Shown here: piece by piece, positions 37,801-47,084 of the stretch
Position numbering within the stretch: position 1 is the stretch's first letter
Layout of the letters: each line of letters begins with the position of its first letter
Source of the DNA: a virus
IMG/VR virus record: IMGVR_UViG_3300031452_000005
Length of the DNA stretch: 64,000 nt
Direction: 5' to 3' (one strand)
Made by a program: the position numbers and the translations under genes
Notes under the pieces: generated by a model
Seen by the model: the letters and a program-made list of their open reading frames with translations, nothing else
What the model was told of the DNA's origin: nothing
The model's database searches: none

Positions 37801-39578
37801 ACTCCAATGAGGACAGTCCGCAGCGGGTGTCGATTGTGGACGGCCTGTTCGCCGCCGACCAATTCCCGACCTGGCTAGAGAATGGCGCGGCCAACGTGTC
37901 CTGGTGGGACCTGCACAACGGATCCAACGCCAATCACCCCGCGCCCACGGGCGTCACGGTTAGTGCGGGCAACTACTCCGACCTGGGCACGCTGTCGGCG
38001 GGTAGTTCAGGTGAACCGACTGCGAACACACCGTTTCCGTCGTGGTACGGGATGCGTCTGGACGCGCTAATGGCGTCGCCGGGCGATAGTTTGGTCCAGG
38101 CCACAAGCCCCCTCGCGTCGCTCGTGATCCATGCGGCCAAACGCGGCGACGGGACGATGGGTATCCTCTTGATTAATGAAGATCCGTCCAACAGCCATAC
38201 CGCCGCGCTCAACATCGCGGGCTTTACGCCGGTGGGGACGGCCGCGACCTACTCCTACGGGCAGGCCCAGGCGTCCACGGCCAACTATGCGGCGGGCATT
38301 GTCACCGGGACGGCCCCCGCCGTGCAGGGCATGAATGTCACCGTCGCTCCCTACACGATGGAGACGCTAGTGCTGCAACCGAGCGGCGGCGCGAGTACGC
38401 CAACGCCGACGCCGACGACCGCGCCCGCGCCGAGCAATCAGGTCCCGCTCGCTGGGGTCTACAACTTCCCCGGCATCGTCGCGGATGGAACGACGTTTAC
38501 AACTGCGAACAGCGTTGATGGCTGCTGCTCCAACCTCTCGTCAAACGCGCTAGCGACGGCTGGCTACAGCGGAAATAGCACGCTGACGACCGGCGGCAAT
38601 ACCTACACGACCGGCCCGACGACGGGGAACGACGTGATCCGCATGGCGGGGCAGACGATCAATCTGGGCGGACAGATGACGGGCACATCCCTCTCCATCA
38701 TCGGCTTCGGGGTGACGGGCACGCAAACGGGGAACGTGACCGTGCAGTACACCAACGGCACGACGGGCTCCTTCCCGCTCGGGTTGCCGGACTGGATACA
38801 GGGAGGCACGACCAATCAGGTCGTGCAGAGCGCGTACCGCGTCAACACCAACGGCACGACCGACCCCAACAACAAGCCGACCTTGTACAACGCGCAGGTG
38901 GGACCACTAACCGCTGGTATTTCAAGCATCACGCTCCCCACGAACAACAATATGTATATGGTGGCGGCATCGGTGATCGGGGGCGCGCCGACCGCGACCA
39001 GCACCGCGACCAGTACGCCGCCCGCGCTGCCCGCCGCCACGAATACGGCTGCGCCCATCCCGACGGCGACCGCCGCCACTACCTCGTTACCGACCGCGCC
39101 ACCCATCCCGACCGCGCCACCCATCCCGACCGCGACGCCCATCCCGACCGCGACCAGTACGCCGCCCGCGCTGCCCGCCGCCACGAATACGGCTGCGCCC
39201 ATCCCGACGGCGACACCCGGCGGGCCGGCGGCCACGCCGACGCCCTACAGTGTAACGCTGGTCTTCGTCCCCTCCACCGTGGCGCGGGGGGCGACAGGGG
39301 CGACACTGGTCATCGCGGCAACCATCCGCTCCAGCGCTTTCCTGGCGCGTCCCCTCGTCACCATCACCCTTGCCACGGGAGCGACGACCGTTGCGACGCT
39401 GACGCCGTATCGCGCGCCGTTGTTCCTACGGGCGGGCCGTCCCACCTTCGTCGTGTTCACCTGGGCCGTTCCATCAACCGCCCCATCGGGTGGTTATAGC
39501 GTCGTCGCGCACCTCGCCGCGCGCGGGGGCGGGTCCCTCGCCGACTCCACGCCGCAACCGTTCACGCTCGGCGCGTGA
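34842..39578 (+). CDS. signal-anchored multidomain glycoside hydrolase: GH5 + CBM-like + second clan GH-A domain (GH51/GH79-like) + accessory beta domains
   Basis: GH5 motifs VRLPLNEDCW, FNEP, WHSY, GEIG, GWSW; second domain RMPGGSTAD, YWEQGNE, DAHWYP, IGESN; Pro/Thr linkers; hydrophobic N-terminus. Confidence 0.85.
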   Translation: MLSTRRVFIGRLLLVCVLVLTAFGGGVVGRITSRTSAPVAAPVSVRTTVPVGAQPPQAGTGLYPDHQPPTGGAAERGRQGQGPGRQPERGRQGQRTGRGPRLAATSSAAITGLHVAGNQIVNGNNTPVVLRGVDRMGSEYSCVGNSNLGYGVFDTNATSVGPVDQSSVNAMLAWNINAVRLPLNEDCWLGINLPSGNTYQGTAYQTAIENYVSLLNSNGIAVILDLQWGQPGTIIANQTAPVGNGSGQEPMPDADHAGAFWTSVATAFKSNTSVLFDAFNEPFPDNNTVNSTAAWTCWRDGGNCSTAGITYTVAGMQTLVTDIRNAGATTQPIMLGGINYSNSFQQWLTYKPTDPNNGLVASWHSYNFNPCNTQTCWDQYIAPVAQSVPVLAGEIGENDCATGYINPLMTYLDGKGIGYLGWSWSAYNCGSTPSLLAGISGTTYTASAYGTGLQAHLVALANPTATPGPSPTPAPLTAGTVYDGTYENGWSDYSYGFTHTVTSTSPVYGGDAQAIQGTFVAGGYGAVKFHQVSFTPTGYGTLHFAVHMDGTTGDQFTVNANDSTGAALSAGVSITPTLNAWTAFDIPVSSLDSTPTAMTDFSIHEYSGKGATISVDDVRFVAATTTAATATPLATNTPAATATPAATATTGPSATTGPAATAGPSATPAPGSVAVTINTGTTLAVIPATGYGMNDAVWDSHATDAAANSAMRQLNMGIMRMPGGSTADDYHWANNTVDNGPNYPGHQVSTTSNPAGTPYYTLAQTALNAGMQPLMTFNYGTNATLTGPNTSTDDANWVQDANVTRHLGIKYWEQGNENFGGGYYDYSYFESNLNNNRTPQQYAADLNTNAAAMKAVDPSILIGASLEVPGYYPWGAGTNQYLTGGNGAANPGVGPTGLDWNNTVIANACNNIGFIDAHWYPINQTTGTDAQLLGSVHGYDPASQNKGGATPSSFQGPAGMMTELKNELNTYCPSRASQIKVFIGESNSNEDSPQRVSIVDGLFAADQFPTWLENGAANVSWWDLHNGSNANHPAPTGVTVSAGNYSDLGTLSAGSSGEPTANTPFPSWYGMRLDALMASPGDSLVQATSPLASLVIHAAKRGDGTMGILLINEDPSNSHTAALNIAGFTPVGTAATYSYGQAQASTANYAAGIVTGTAPAVQGMNVTVAPYTMETLVLQPSGGASTPTPTPTTAPAPSNQVPLAGVYNFPGIVADGTTFTTANSVDGCCSNLSSNALATAGYSGNSTLTTGGNTYTTGPTTGNDVIRMAGQTINLGGQMTGTSLSIIGFGVTGTQTGNVTVQYTNGTTGSFPLGLPDWIQGGTTNQVVQSAYRVNTNGTTDPNNKPTLYNAQVGPLTAGISSITLPTNNNMYMVAASVIGGAPTATSTATSTPPALPAATNTAAPIPTATAATTSLPTAPPIPTAPPIPTATPIPTATSTPPALPAATNTAAPIPTATPGGPAATPTPYSVTLVFVPSTVARGATGATLVIAATIRSSAFLARPLVTITLATGATTVATLTPYRAPLFLRAGRPTFVVFTWAVPSTAPSGGYSVVAHLAARGGGSLADSTPQPFTLGA

Positions 39579-39617
39579 CGCGCCAGGACCAAGAGGGAAA
39601 GGGGGGCGCATAGCGCC

Positions 39618-40181
39618 ATGGCACTCATCTTCAGGACGGTGTTCGCCCCGTCGTTGGTTGGCGTGGCCTACGCGCCAGCGTTGCCTGCGTGGCTCTCGTT
39701 CGCGAGCACGCTCGACGGGACGGCCATCACGCCGCAACCGACGATCATCAACTTGACCAACGGCCAGTTCTCGCTCTCCTACGACACGACGACGGTTGGC
39801 GGTGACATCGGCGCCGGGGTCCTCGACCTGTCCGCGCTGCCTGGCATTGCCACGTCCGATCGCCACATCGCGGTCGACTTCTCGACAGGGGACAAGAATA
39901 ACTACACGCTGAGTGGGGAGGAATACGCCACGCCGTTCCCCGCGGCGGTGCGCGCGGCGTTGCCCGAGTTCGACAGCCTCGACGGCGCGCTCACGCTCCG
40001 GGTCGCGCTCCAACTGGTCGTAGCGTTCATTACCGGCAACTACACCGTGCAGCAGAACGCGCCGTTGCCCAATCAGCAGACCGTCCAGTACACGAGGGCG
40101 GACCTGGTGACGCCGCTCTCGACCACCGTCACCAGTTTCGACCCCGTGAATGGGAGTCCCACGCGGCGCGTCCGACAATGA
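39618..40181 (+). CDS. probable virion protein
   Basis: C-terminal LTLRVALQLVVAFITG...D..NG..TR pattern recalled from phage structural proteins. Confidence 0.45.
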   Translation: MALIFRTVFAPSLVGVAYAPALPAWLSFASTLDGTAITPQPTIINLTNGQFSLSYDTTTVGGDIGAGVLDLSALPGIATSDRHIAVDFSTGDKNNYTLSGEEYATPFPAAVRAALPEFDSLDGALTLRVALQLVVAFITGNYTVQQNAPLPNQQTVQYTRADLVTPLSTTVTSFDPVNGSPTRRVRQ

Positions 40182-40196
40182 GAGAGGGGATATCGC

Positions 40197-41075
40197 ATGC
40201 AGTTCATCACCAACCTATCCATATTTTTGCGCGACCCGCTGGCCGGCGCCTTGGTCGTGGCAATCGTCGTATCGCTGGTCAAACCATGGATCGAGGTGTC
40301 CATCAAACCTAACAACCCGCGCCACGACCCCCTCATCCGCCTACTCGCCATCCTTTTCGGGATACTGCTCTATCTGGGCGTGAGCCTGGCGACGAACGTG
40401 TCCTGGGGCGCGGCGCTTGTCGTGCTCGCACTCCTCAATGGCGGCGTCATCGGACTGATGAGCATCGCGACCTACCACCTTGTGTCTGGTTCGTGGATAC
40501 CGACGCCGGACGGGCAAAACACGGCGGCATCGAGCACGACCTCGCCGACGACCAGCGGCCCTGCCCCGGCGCTTCTCGCGCGCGGTGTCCCCGCGCCGTC
40601 GGTGGATATCGACGGGATCATGGCTCAGGCCACGGATGCCGCGACAGCGACGGCCCACGACGTGGCGACCGACACCGCCACCATCACCGCGCGCGATGTC
40701 GCCGCGTCCACGGCAACCAATGTCGTGGAGATGGGCTTGCAGGATGTGGCCAACCAGGTGTTCGCCATGGTGCGCACGGCCCTGAGCGCGTCTGCAACGC
40801 CGTTGACCGCCCCGACTACACACACCGTCTCCGCACGCGTATCCGTCGAAAGAACGCCCATCGTGGATACAGCGCCCCCCGCGCCAACCGTGCGCGTGTC
40901 GCGCGGGAAAGTGACCCCGGTCGCGCCACCCGCCACACTAAGCGCGTCACCGCTCCCTGCCGACGCGCTCATCACGTCCGTCGCAACGGTGCCCCTGTCG
41001 GCCACCCCGCCGACCGACAAGACTATCCTCATCGAGGATCCGGGCCTGCCGCCCACCGACCCCGCGCACGACTAG
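40197..41075 (+). CDS. holin-like protein with low-complexity Thr/Ala/Pro C-terminus
   Basis: Three hydrophobic helices in the first 100 aa ending GLMSIATYHLV. Confidence 0.6.
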   Translation: MQFITNLSIFLRDPLAGALVVAIVVSLVKPWIEVSIKPNNPRHDPLIRLLAILFGILLYLGVSLATNVSWGAALVVLALLNGGVIGLMSIATYHLVSGSWIPTPDGQNTAASSTTSPTTSGPAPALLARGVPAPSVDIDGIMAQATDAATATAHDVATDTATITARDVAASTATNVVEMGLQDVANQVFAMVRTALSASATPLTAPTTHTVSARVSVERTPIVDTAPPAPTVRVSRGKVTPVAPPATLSASPLPADALITSVATVPLSATPPTDKTILIEDPGLPPTDPAHD

Positions 41076-41079
41076 CGCG

Positions 41080-41328
41080 ATGGGCGATTTGCTCTATTTC
41101 ACGCCGACGACCATCGTCCCCGCGACCACGACACAGGCCGCCACGGTCGTGTCCGTCGCCGCGACGATGACCGCCGAGGGGATGCCTGTCTGGTCCATCG
41201 TCGCCGAACGCGACACGGCCCTGACCGCCGATGACCGCGTGGCGGTAGAGTACGCGCGCCGTCCCGGCAAACCGTGCCCCGTCGCGGGCGGCGACACCAT
41301 CCGCATCGCCGTCGCCTCCGTGGTCTGA
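41080..41328 (+). CDS. hypothetical protein
   Basis: 82-aa ORF packed 4 nt after upstream stop. Confidence 0.45.
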   Translation: MGDLLYFTPTTIVPATTTQAATVVSVAATMTAEGMPVWSIVAERDTALTADDRVAVEYARRPGKPCPVAGGDTIRIAVASVV

Positions 41329-41403
41329 ACGGCCACAGCCCCAACGCCCGTGGCCCATACGCCCGTGGCCCGCACGCCCATCGCGTCCAGGAGAGATTAA
41401 ATT

Positions 41404-44400
41404 ATGGCAGGGACCACGACGACCCCCACTTCGACGACGACCACGATACCGGCGTCCTATCTCGTCGGCGGCACGAATACGCCGAACGACGGACGGACGG
41501 TCCCGGCCGTCGTACTGATGGACCCGACGACCGGGTTGCCGCTGGTCGCCCAACCCGTCACCGTGGCGGCGTTGCCCCTACCCACCGGGGCGGCGCAGGA
41601 CCTCACGCTGACTGACGGCCAGCAGAAGGCACAGATCACGACGCTCCCCGCCGATGGGGCAACCTTCGCCACCCTCTCGGCGGCGTACATCACCCCCACG
41701 GTGGGTGGACCCCCTGATAGCGCCCCCCCCGCGAGCACCCTTGTCCTCCCCCTGGGCAACGGCCAATCCAGTTGGGACGCATCCATCGGCGGGACCATCG
41801 CACCCTCACTGGTCGCGCCCACCGCCGCCCCCGCGCCTGCGCTGTCCTATGGAACGGGCAATACGGTCGCGGCAGGCGTCTACGGGGTGCAGGTGTCCTA
41901 CATTAACAGCACCGGCGAAACGCTGCCCAGTCCCGCGCTGGCGCTGACGGTGCCCCCCCCCACTCCGGCGCCCGCGACGGCCCCGACCGTGGCCGCACCG
42001 ACGCCAGGCGGCCTGGTCGATGCCGGCGCGCATGTCTATGCCGTGACCGTCCTCACCCCCATTGGCGAGACCACGGCAGGCACGGTTTCCACCGCCGTGA
42101 CGGCCTACGCGTCCATCGCGGCCCCCGCGACGGCCCCGACCGTGGCCGCACCGACGCCAGGCGGCCTGGTCGATGCCGGCGCGCATGTCTATGCCGTGAC
42201 GCTGGTGAACCCTGCGGGCGAGACCACGGCAGGGACCGTCTCCACCGCCGTGACGGCCTACGCGTCCATCGCGGCCCCCACGACCGCCCCGACCGTGGGC
42301 GCGGCCATGCCAGGCGGCGCGGTGGACGCGGGCGCGCACGTCTATGCCGCCACGTTCACCAACCCCGCTGGTGAAACGACGCTCAGCACAGTCTCGGCCA
42401 CCGTGACGACGTTCGCCCCCCTCACGACGCCTGCCCCCGCGCCCACCGTGGCGACGGCCACGACGGGTGGCGCGGGGTTGGCGCCGGCCACCGCCTACAC
42501 CTACGCCATCACGGTTGAAAACAGCATCGGGGAAACCACCGTTGGCCCCGCCTCGACCAGTGTGACGACGGGGGCGGGCGCGACCAACTCCGTCACGCTC
42601 TCGGCCATTCCGACCGCGCCCGTGGGGAGCAGCGCGCGCAGGATTTACCGCGCCACGGCCGGCGGTCTCTACGGGTTGATCGCGATCATCGCCGACGACA
42701 CGACGACGTCCTACACCGACACGGGCGCCGTCCCGCAGGGGAACACGCCGCCAACCGTGAACACCACCAACGCACAGACTGTCCCCCTCGCGGCCCTGCC
42801 GACCGGCCCCGCCGGCACGACCGCGCGCAAACTGTACCGCTCGAAAGCGGGCACGACGACGCCCCTCTATCTGGTGGCAACCCTCGCCGATAATACGACC
42901 GTCACCTATACCGATACGATGGCGGACGCGGCGCTGGGCGTCGTGTCGCCCGTAGCGAACACGACCGAGGCGCAGACCGTGCCGCTGACGGCCATCCCGA
43001 CCGGCGCGGCTGGCACGACCGCGCGCAAGGTGTATCGGTCGAAAGCAGGCACCACCACACCGCTGTACCTGGTGGCGACCCTCACCGACAACACAACCGC
43101 TGTGTATACGGACGCCACGGCGGACGCCGCGCTGGGTGTCGTGTCGCCGGTCGCAAATACGACCGAGGCGCAGACGGTGGCGCTCACGGCCATCCCTAGC
43201 GGCCCCGCCGGCACAACCGGGCGCAAGCTGTACCGCTCCAAGGTCGGAACCACCACGCCCCTCTATCTGGTAGCGACCCTCGCCGATAATACGACCGTCA
43301 CCTATACCGACACGACGGCAGACGCCTCCTTGGGCGGGGCATCACCGTCCGTGAACAGTAGCGGCGCAAACACCCTCACCCTCCCCTCACCCCCGCCGTC
43401 GAGCAACGCGACGGGATGGTACGCCTATGTGACGCAGCCGGGGGGCGTGACCTACACGGGGCAGCAGGCGGCGGGATCACCCACCGCTATCGGGTCGCCG
43501 CTGACGTTGACGGCGCCCCCGACGACGACCGGCGCGGCGCCGCTCACGGTCGCGACCACGGTCGTGACGAGTGTGGCGTTCGACGGTACGCTCGACCCCA
43601 ACCCGGCGACAACGGCGTGGTTCGCCGTCCCTGCCATCCCGCTGGGTATGGCATCGGCTTCTCCGACGTTCACCCTGACCCCCGCGCCCCATGCGACGGC
43701 GACGGTGCATGGCGGCGCGGGTGGATACGCGCAGGTGCGCATCAGGGTGGTGACCTACAACGGAACGGACCAGGTGGCGGTCACGCTACGGGCGTCGGCG
43801 GCGTCGCCCATCGTGCGGACGGTCGCGGTCGCCACGACGCCGCCCGACCTCGCGGCCACGGCCGCGTTGGCGGCATCTCAGGCGTCCCCCACGTCCCCCA
43901 CAGCGGCTATTCCTAGCAGCGCGCTGGCCTTGCCGCTGGGGTCGGGACAGGCCAGTTGGGATGCTTACGTCGGCGGCGCCATCGCGCCCCCGATGGTCGC
44001 GCCCGTCGCCGCGCCCGCGCCTGCCGTGACCTACGTCGTCGGCGGCACGGTCGCGCCCGGTGTCTATGGGTTGGAAGTATCCTACATCAACACGACCGGT
44101 GAGACCACGCCCTCGCCTGCGACCTCCATCACGGTGCCCGCCCCCGTGCCCGCGCCGACGACGGCCCCGACCGTGGGCGCAGCGACAGCAAATGGCGCGG
44201 TGGACGCGGGCACGCACGTCTATGCGGCGACACTGGTTAACGCCATCGGCGAGACCACGGCAGGGACCGTCTCCACCGCCGCGACGGCCTACGCATCCAT
44301 CCCCGCGCCGACGACCGCCCCGACCGTGGGCGCGGCCATGCCAGGCGGCGCGGTGGACGCGGGCGCGCACGTCTATGCCGCCACGCTGGTCAATGCGGCG

Positions 44401-46458
44401 GGCGAAACGCCGAGTGGAACCGTCTCAGCCGCCGTGACGACCATCGCCGCGCTCGCCGCCACCGTGCCGCCCGTGCCGACGACCGCCACCACGGGCGGCA
44501 CGGTCGGGGCCGCGCTCGCCGCCCCCGCCGCCCCCGCGCCGACGACCGCCACCACGGGAGGCACGGTGGCGGCGGGCACCTATCCCGTGGCCGTCACCTA
44601 CGTCAACCCCGCCGGCGAAACGGTCGGCTCGGCTAACGGCAGCGTGACAACCACGGGCACGACCTCAACCATTACGGTCCCGGCCCCGGCGGCGAGCGGC
44701 AACGCCACCGCCTACTACGCCTACGTGGGCGCGGCGGGCGGCGCGGCGGGGTCCGGCACGCGGCAACAGGTGGCGGGATCGCCGACCGCGCTGGGGACCG
44801 CCTACACCTTGACCGCGCCTCCGACCACGACCGGCGCCGCTATCCCGACCACGACCACCGCGTATCTGCCCTATGCCATTGAGGTGACCTACGTCAACGC
44901 GGCGGGTGAAACGGTGGCATCGGCATCCGCCTCAATCACCCCGACCACGACCACCAGTACGATCACCGTGCCCGCGCCCGCCGCCAGCGGCAACGCCACG
45001 GGCTACTATGCCTATGTGACGCAGGCCAATGGCACGACGTATACGCGGCAACAGGCCGCCGGGAGTCCGACCGCGCTCGGCACGGCGTTCACGTTGACCG
45101 CGCCCCCGACCACGACGGGCGCGGCGCCACCAACCGTGAACACCACGAACACGCAGACGGTGGCGCTCACGGCCATTCCCACCGGCCCCGCCGCGACCAC
45201 CGCGCGCAAGGTGTATCGGTCGAAAGCAGGCACCACCACACCGCTGTACCTGGTGGCGACCCTCACCGACAACACAACCGCTGTGTACACCGATACGATG
45301 GCCGACGCGGCGCTGGGCGCGGCGTCACCTGCGGCGAACACGACCGAGGCGCAGACGGTGGCGCTCTCAGCCATCCCGACCGGCGCGGCTGGCACGACCG
45401 CGCGCAAGGTCTACCGCTCCAAAGCGGGGACCACCACACCCCTTTATCTGTTGGCGACGCTCGCCAACAACACGACCACGGTGTATACCGACGCGACGGC
45501 GGACGCCGCACTGGGTGTCGTGTCGCCGGCGCTCAACAGTAGCGGCGCGAACACCCTCACCCTTCCGTCACCCCCGCCGTCGAGCAACGCCACGGGCTAC
45601 TACGTGTACACCACGCAGCCGGGGGGCGTGACGTACACGCGACAGCAGGCGGCGGGCAGTCCCACTGCCATCGGCACGGCGTACGTGCTGGGGACCCCGC
45701 CGATCACGACGGGGGCAGGGCCGCTCGCGGCGGCGACGAGCGTGGCGACGAGCGTGGCCTTCGACGCCACGCTGGACCCCAACCCGCTGACGACGGCGTG
45801 GTTCCCGGTGAACCCGACGCAACTGGGCGGGCCGCAGGACGGCCCGGTGGCGGCGCTGACGCTCGCCGGGGCGCCGGTGGCGGTCCATGGGGGCGCGGCA
45901 GGCTACGCGCAGGTGCGGGTCCGCGTCCAAAGTTACAACGGCACGGACAGCCTCGCGACGATGCTGCGCGCGTCGGCGGCGTCGCCCTCGGTGATCAAGG
46001 CAACCATCAGCCCGCTCACCTCGGTCGATGTTGTCACGATTGGCAAGGTGTACACCCCAATTTACACGGAGTCCGCGCCCTCCGCGCGTCTCGCCACGGG
46101 CGGCACGACGGTCTACCAGCAGGTCTTCGTGCCCATCGCGTTCCCGGCGGGGTTCAACCCGACCGAACTGGGCCTCTCGGGCGTGCTCGGCCCGTTGACC
46201 TTTGCCACTAATGGGACGCCGGCGGGTCAGGTCCAACTCAACCTGGAGCACCAGGACGCCGGTGGGCGCTGGACGCAAATCTGGAACTCGGGGCCGATCA
46301 CCGCGAACGCGGGTGTCGCCAGCTACCCATCAACGAGTGTTGGCGCCGGTCTAACCAACAACGTCTGCTTCACCAACACGTTGCGGTGGAACTATGTGTT
46401 CACCGGCACATTCACCGCCGCATCCCTGACGGAGCAAGTGTCCCTCTGGGGCAAGTGA
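41404..46458 (+). CDS. giant repeat virion/accessory protein with nested FN3/Ig-like domains
   Basis: GGAGAG RBS; runs of A-halves (PTV..GG.V.AG.Y..T....GETT) followed by runs of B-halves (V.L.AIP.G....RK.YRS..Y.VATL.DNTT..YTD). Confidence 0.7.
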   Translation: MAGTTTTPTSTTTTIPASYLVGGTNTPNDGRTVPAVVLMDPTTGLPLVAQPVTVAALPLPTGAAQDLTLTDGQQKAQITTLPADGATFATLSAAYITPTVGGPPDSAPPASTLVLPLGNGQSSWDASIGGTIAPSLVAPTAAPAPALSYGTGNTVAAGVYGVQVSYINSTGETLPSPALALTVPPPTPAPATAPTVAAPTPGGLVDAGAHVYAVTVLTPIGETTAGTVSTAVTAYASIAAPATAPTVAAPTPGGLVDAGAHVYAVTLVNPAGETTAGTVSTAVTAYASIAAPTTAPTVGAAMPGGAVDAGAHVYAATFTNPAGETTLSTVSATVTTFAPLTTPAPAPTVATATTGGAGLAPATAYTYAITVENSIGETTVGPASTSVTTGAGATNSVTLSAIPTAPVGSSARRIYRATAGGLYGLIAIIADDTTTSYTDTGAVPQGNTPPTVNTTNAQTVPLAALPTGPAGTTARKLYRSKAGTTTPLYLVATLADNTTVTYTDTMADAALGVVSPVANTTEAQTVPLTAIPTGAAGTTARKVYRSKAGTTTPLYLVATLTDNTTAVYTDATADAALGVVSPVANTTEAQTVALTAIPSGPAGTTGRKLYRSKVGTTTPLYLVATLADNTTVTYTDTTADASLGGASPSVNSSGANTLTLPSPPPSSNATGWYAYVTQPGGVTYTGQQAAGSPTAIGSPLTLTAPPTTTGAAPLTVATTVVTSVAFDGTLDPNPATTAWFAVPAIPLGMASASPTFTLTPAPHATATVHGGAGGYAQVRIRVVTYNGTDQVAVTLRASAASPIVRTVAVATTPPDLAATAALAASQASPTSPTAAIPSSALALPLGSGQASWDAYVGGAIAPPMVAPVAAPAPAVTYVVGGTVAPGVYGLEVSYINTTGETTPSPATSITVPAPVPAPTTAPTVGAATANGAVDAGTHVYAATLVNAIGETTAGTVSTAATAYASIPAPTTAPTVGAAMPGGAVDAGAHVYAATLVNAAGETPSGTVSAAVTTIAALAATVPPVPTTATTGGTVGAALAAPAAPAPTTATTGGTVAAGTYPVAVTYVNPAGETVGSANGSVTTTGTTSTITVPAPAASGNATAYYAYVGAAGGAAGSGTRQQVAGSPTALGTAYTLTAPPTTTGAAIPTTTTAYLPYAIEVTYVNAAGETVASASASITPTTTTSTITVPAPAASGNATGYYAYVTQANGTTYTRQQAAGSPTALGTAFTLTAPPTTTGAAPPTVNTTNTQTVALTAIPTGPAATTARKVYRSKAGTTTPLYLVATLTDNTTAVYTDTMADAALGAASPAANTTEAQTVALSAIPTGAAGTTARKVYRSKAGTTTPLYLLATLANNTTTVYTDATADAALGVVSPALNSSGANTLTLPSPPPSSNATGYYVYTTQPGGVTYTRQQAAGSPTAIGTAYVLGTPPITTGAGPLAAATSVATSVAFDATLDPNPLTTAWFPVNPTQLGGPQDGPVAALTLAGAPVAVHGGAAGYAQVRVRVQSYNGTDSLATMLRASAASPSVIKATISPLTSVDVVTIGKVYTPIYTESAPSARLATGGTTVYQQVFVPIAFPAGFNPTELGLSGVLGPLTFATNGTPAGQVQLNLEHQDAGGRWTQIWNSGPITANAGVASYPSTSVGAGLTNNVCFTNTLRWNYVFTGTFTAASLTEQVSLWGK

Positions 46459-46518
46459 CCAAAGACCGTCGCGCCGAGGCACGCGCCTCGGCGGGGCTGG
46501 TCCATGCCGTCCAGGTGT

Positions 46519-46564
46519 CACGGCGGTGCGCCTCCTCGGCGCACCGAGGAGGCGCACCGCCGTG
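46519..46564. repeat. perfect 21-bp inverted repeat with 4-nt loop
   Basis: CACGGCGGTGCGCCTCCTCGG-CGCA-CCGAGGAGGCGCACCGCCGTG; related 9-bp hairpin at 46472-46493. Confidence 0.9.
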
Positions 46565-46674
46565 CATCGACGCGCGCGGCCACACTACCGCCGCCGTGAC
46601 AGGCGATAGCCCCGACCGCGCGACAGGCCCGACGACCCACCGCATATCCAACGTCTAACGGAACAGGCGCGACA

Positions 46675-46908
46675 ATGCACGACCACAAACAGCCAGCGAC
46701 CATGACGCCCGTGTACCTGACGGAAACTGAACTCCGCCGCATGCTCGACCGGACGGCCTTTTCGCCGGGCACACAGGGCTACAGCGAGGAAACGTACCAG
46801 ACCGCGCTCAAACTTGCTAGCGCGCTTCTTGTGCTTTTGGCCGCGCCTGAGTTGGAGGTAGCGAAGATGCTTATGCCGGGCAAAGCTGACAAGGTGGATG
46901 TGCCATGA
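46675..46908 (+). CDS. hypothetical protein
   Basis: 77 aa; ATGA overlap with next ORF. Confidence 0.45.
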   Translation: MHDHKQPATMTPVYLTETELRRMLDRTAFSPGTQGYSEETYQTALKLASALLVLLAAPELEVAKMLMPGKADKVDVP

Positions 46909-47084
46909 CGCCTGACGAGGTAGCGCAGGAACGCGCCGACCCCACTGGGCTGGCGTCGCGCCCTGACAGGCGCCTGTCGCTGTGGCTGCGGGCGCACGCG
47001 GGGCAAATCGGCACGGTGATGATGGCGGTGGCTGTGATAGGGGCGCTGGTGTGCGTGTGGTGGATCGTGAGCGGTGGGTGGTAA
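46905..47084 (+). CDS. small membrane protein (59 aa)
   Basis: Read manually; C-terminal IGTVMMAVAVIGALVCVWWIVSGGW helix. Confidence 0.5.
   Translation: MTPDEVAQERADPTGLASRPDRRLSLWLRAHAGQIGTVMMAVAVIGALVCVWWIVSGGW

Noticed and set aside
41960-45730. CRISPR array or DGR template/variable repeats
   Set aside because: Repeats are 150-200 bp, in frame within one ORF, differ mostly at synonymous sites without adenine bias, and no cas or reverse transcriptase gene is present
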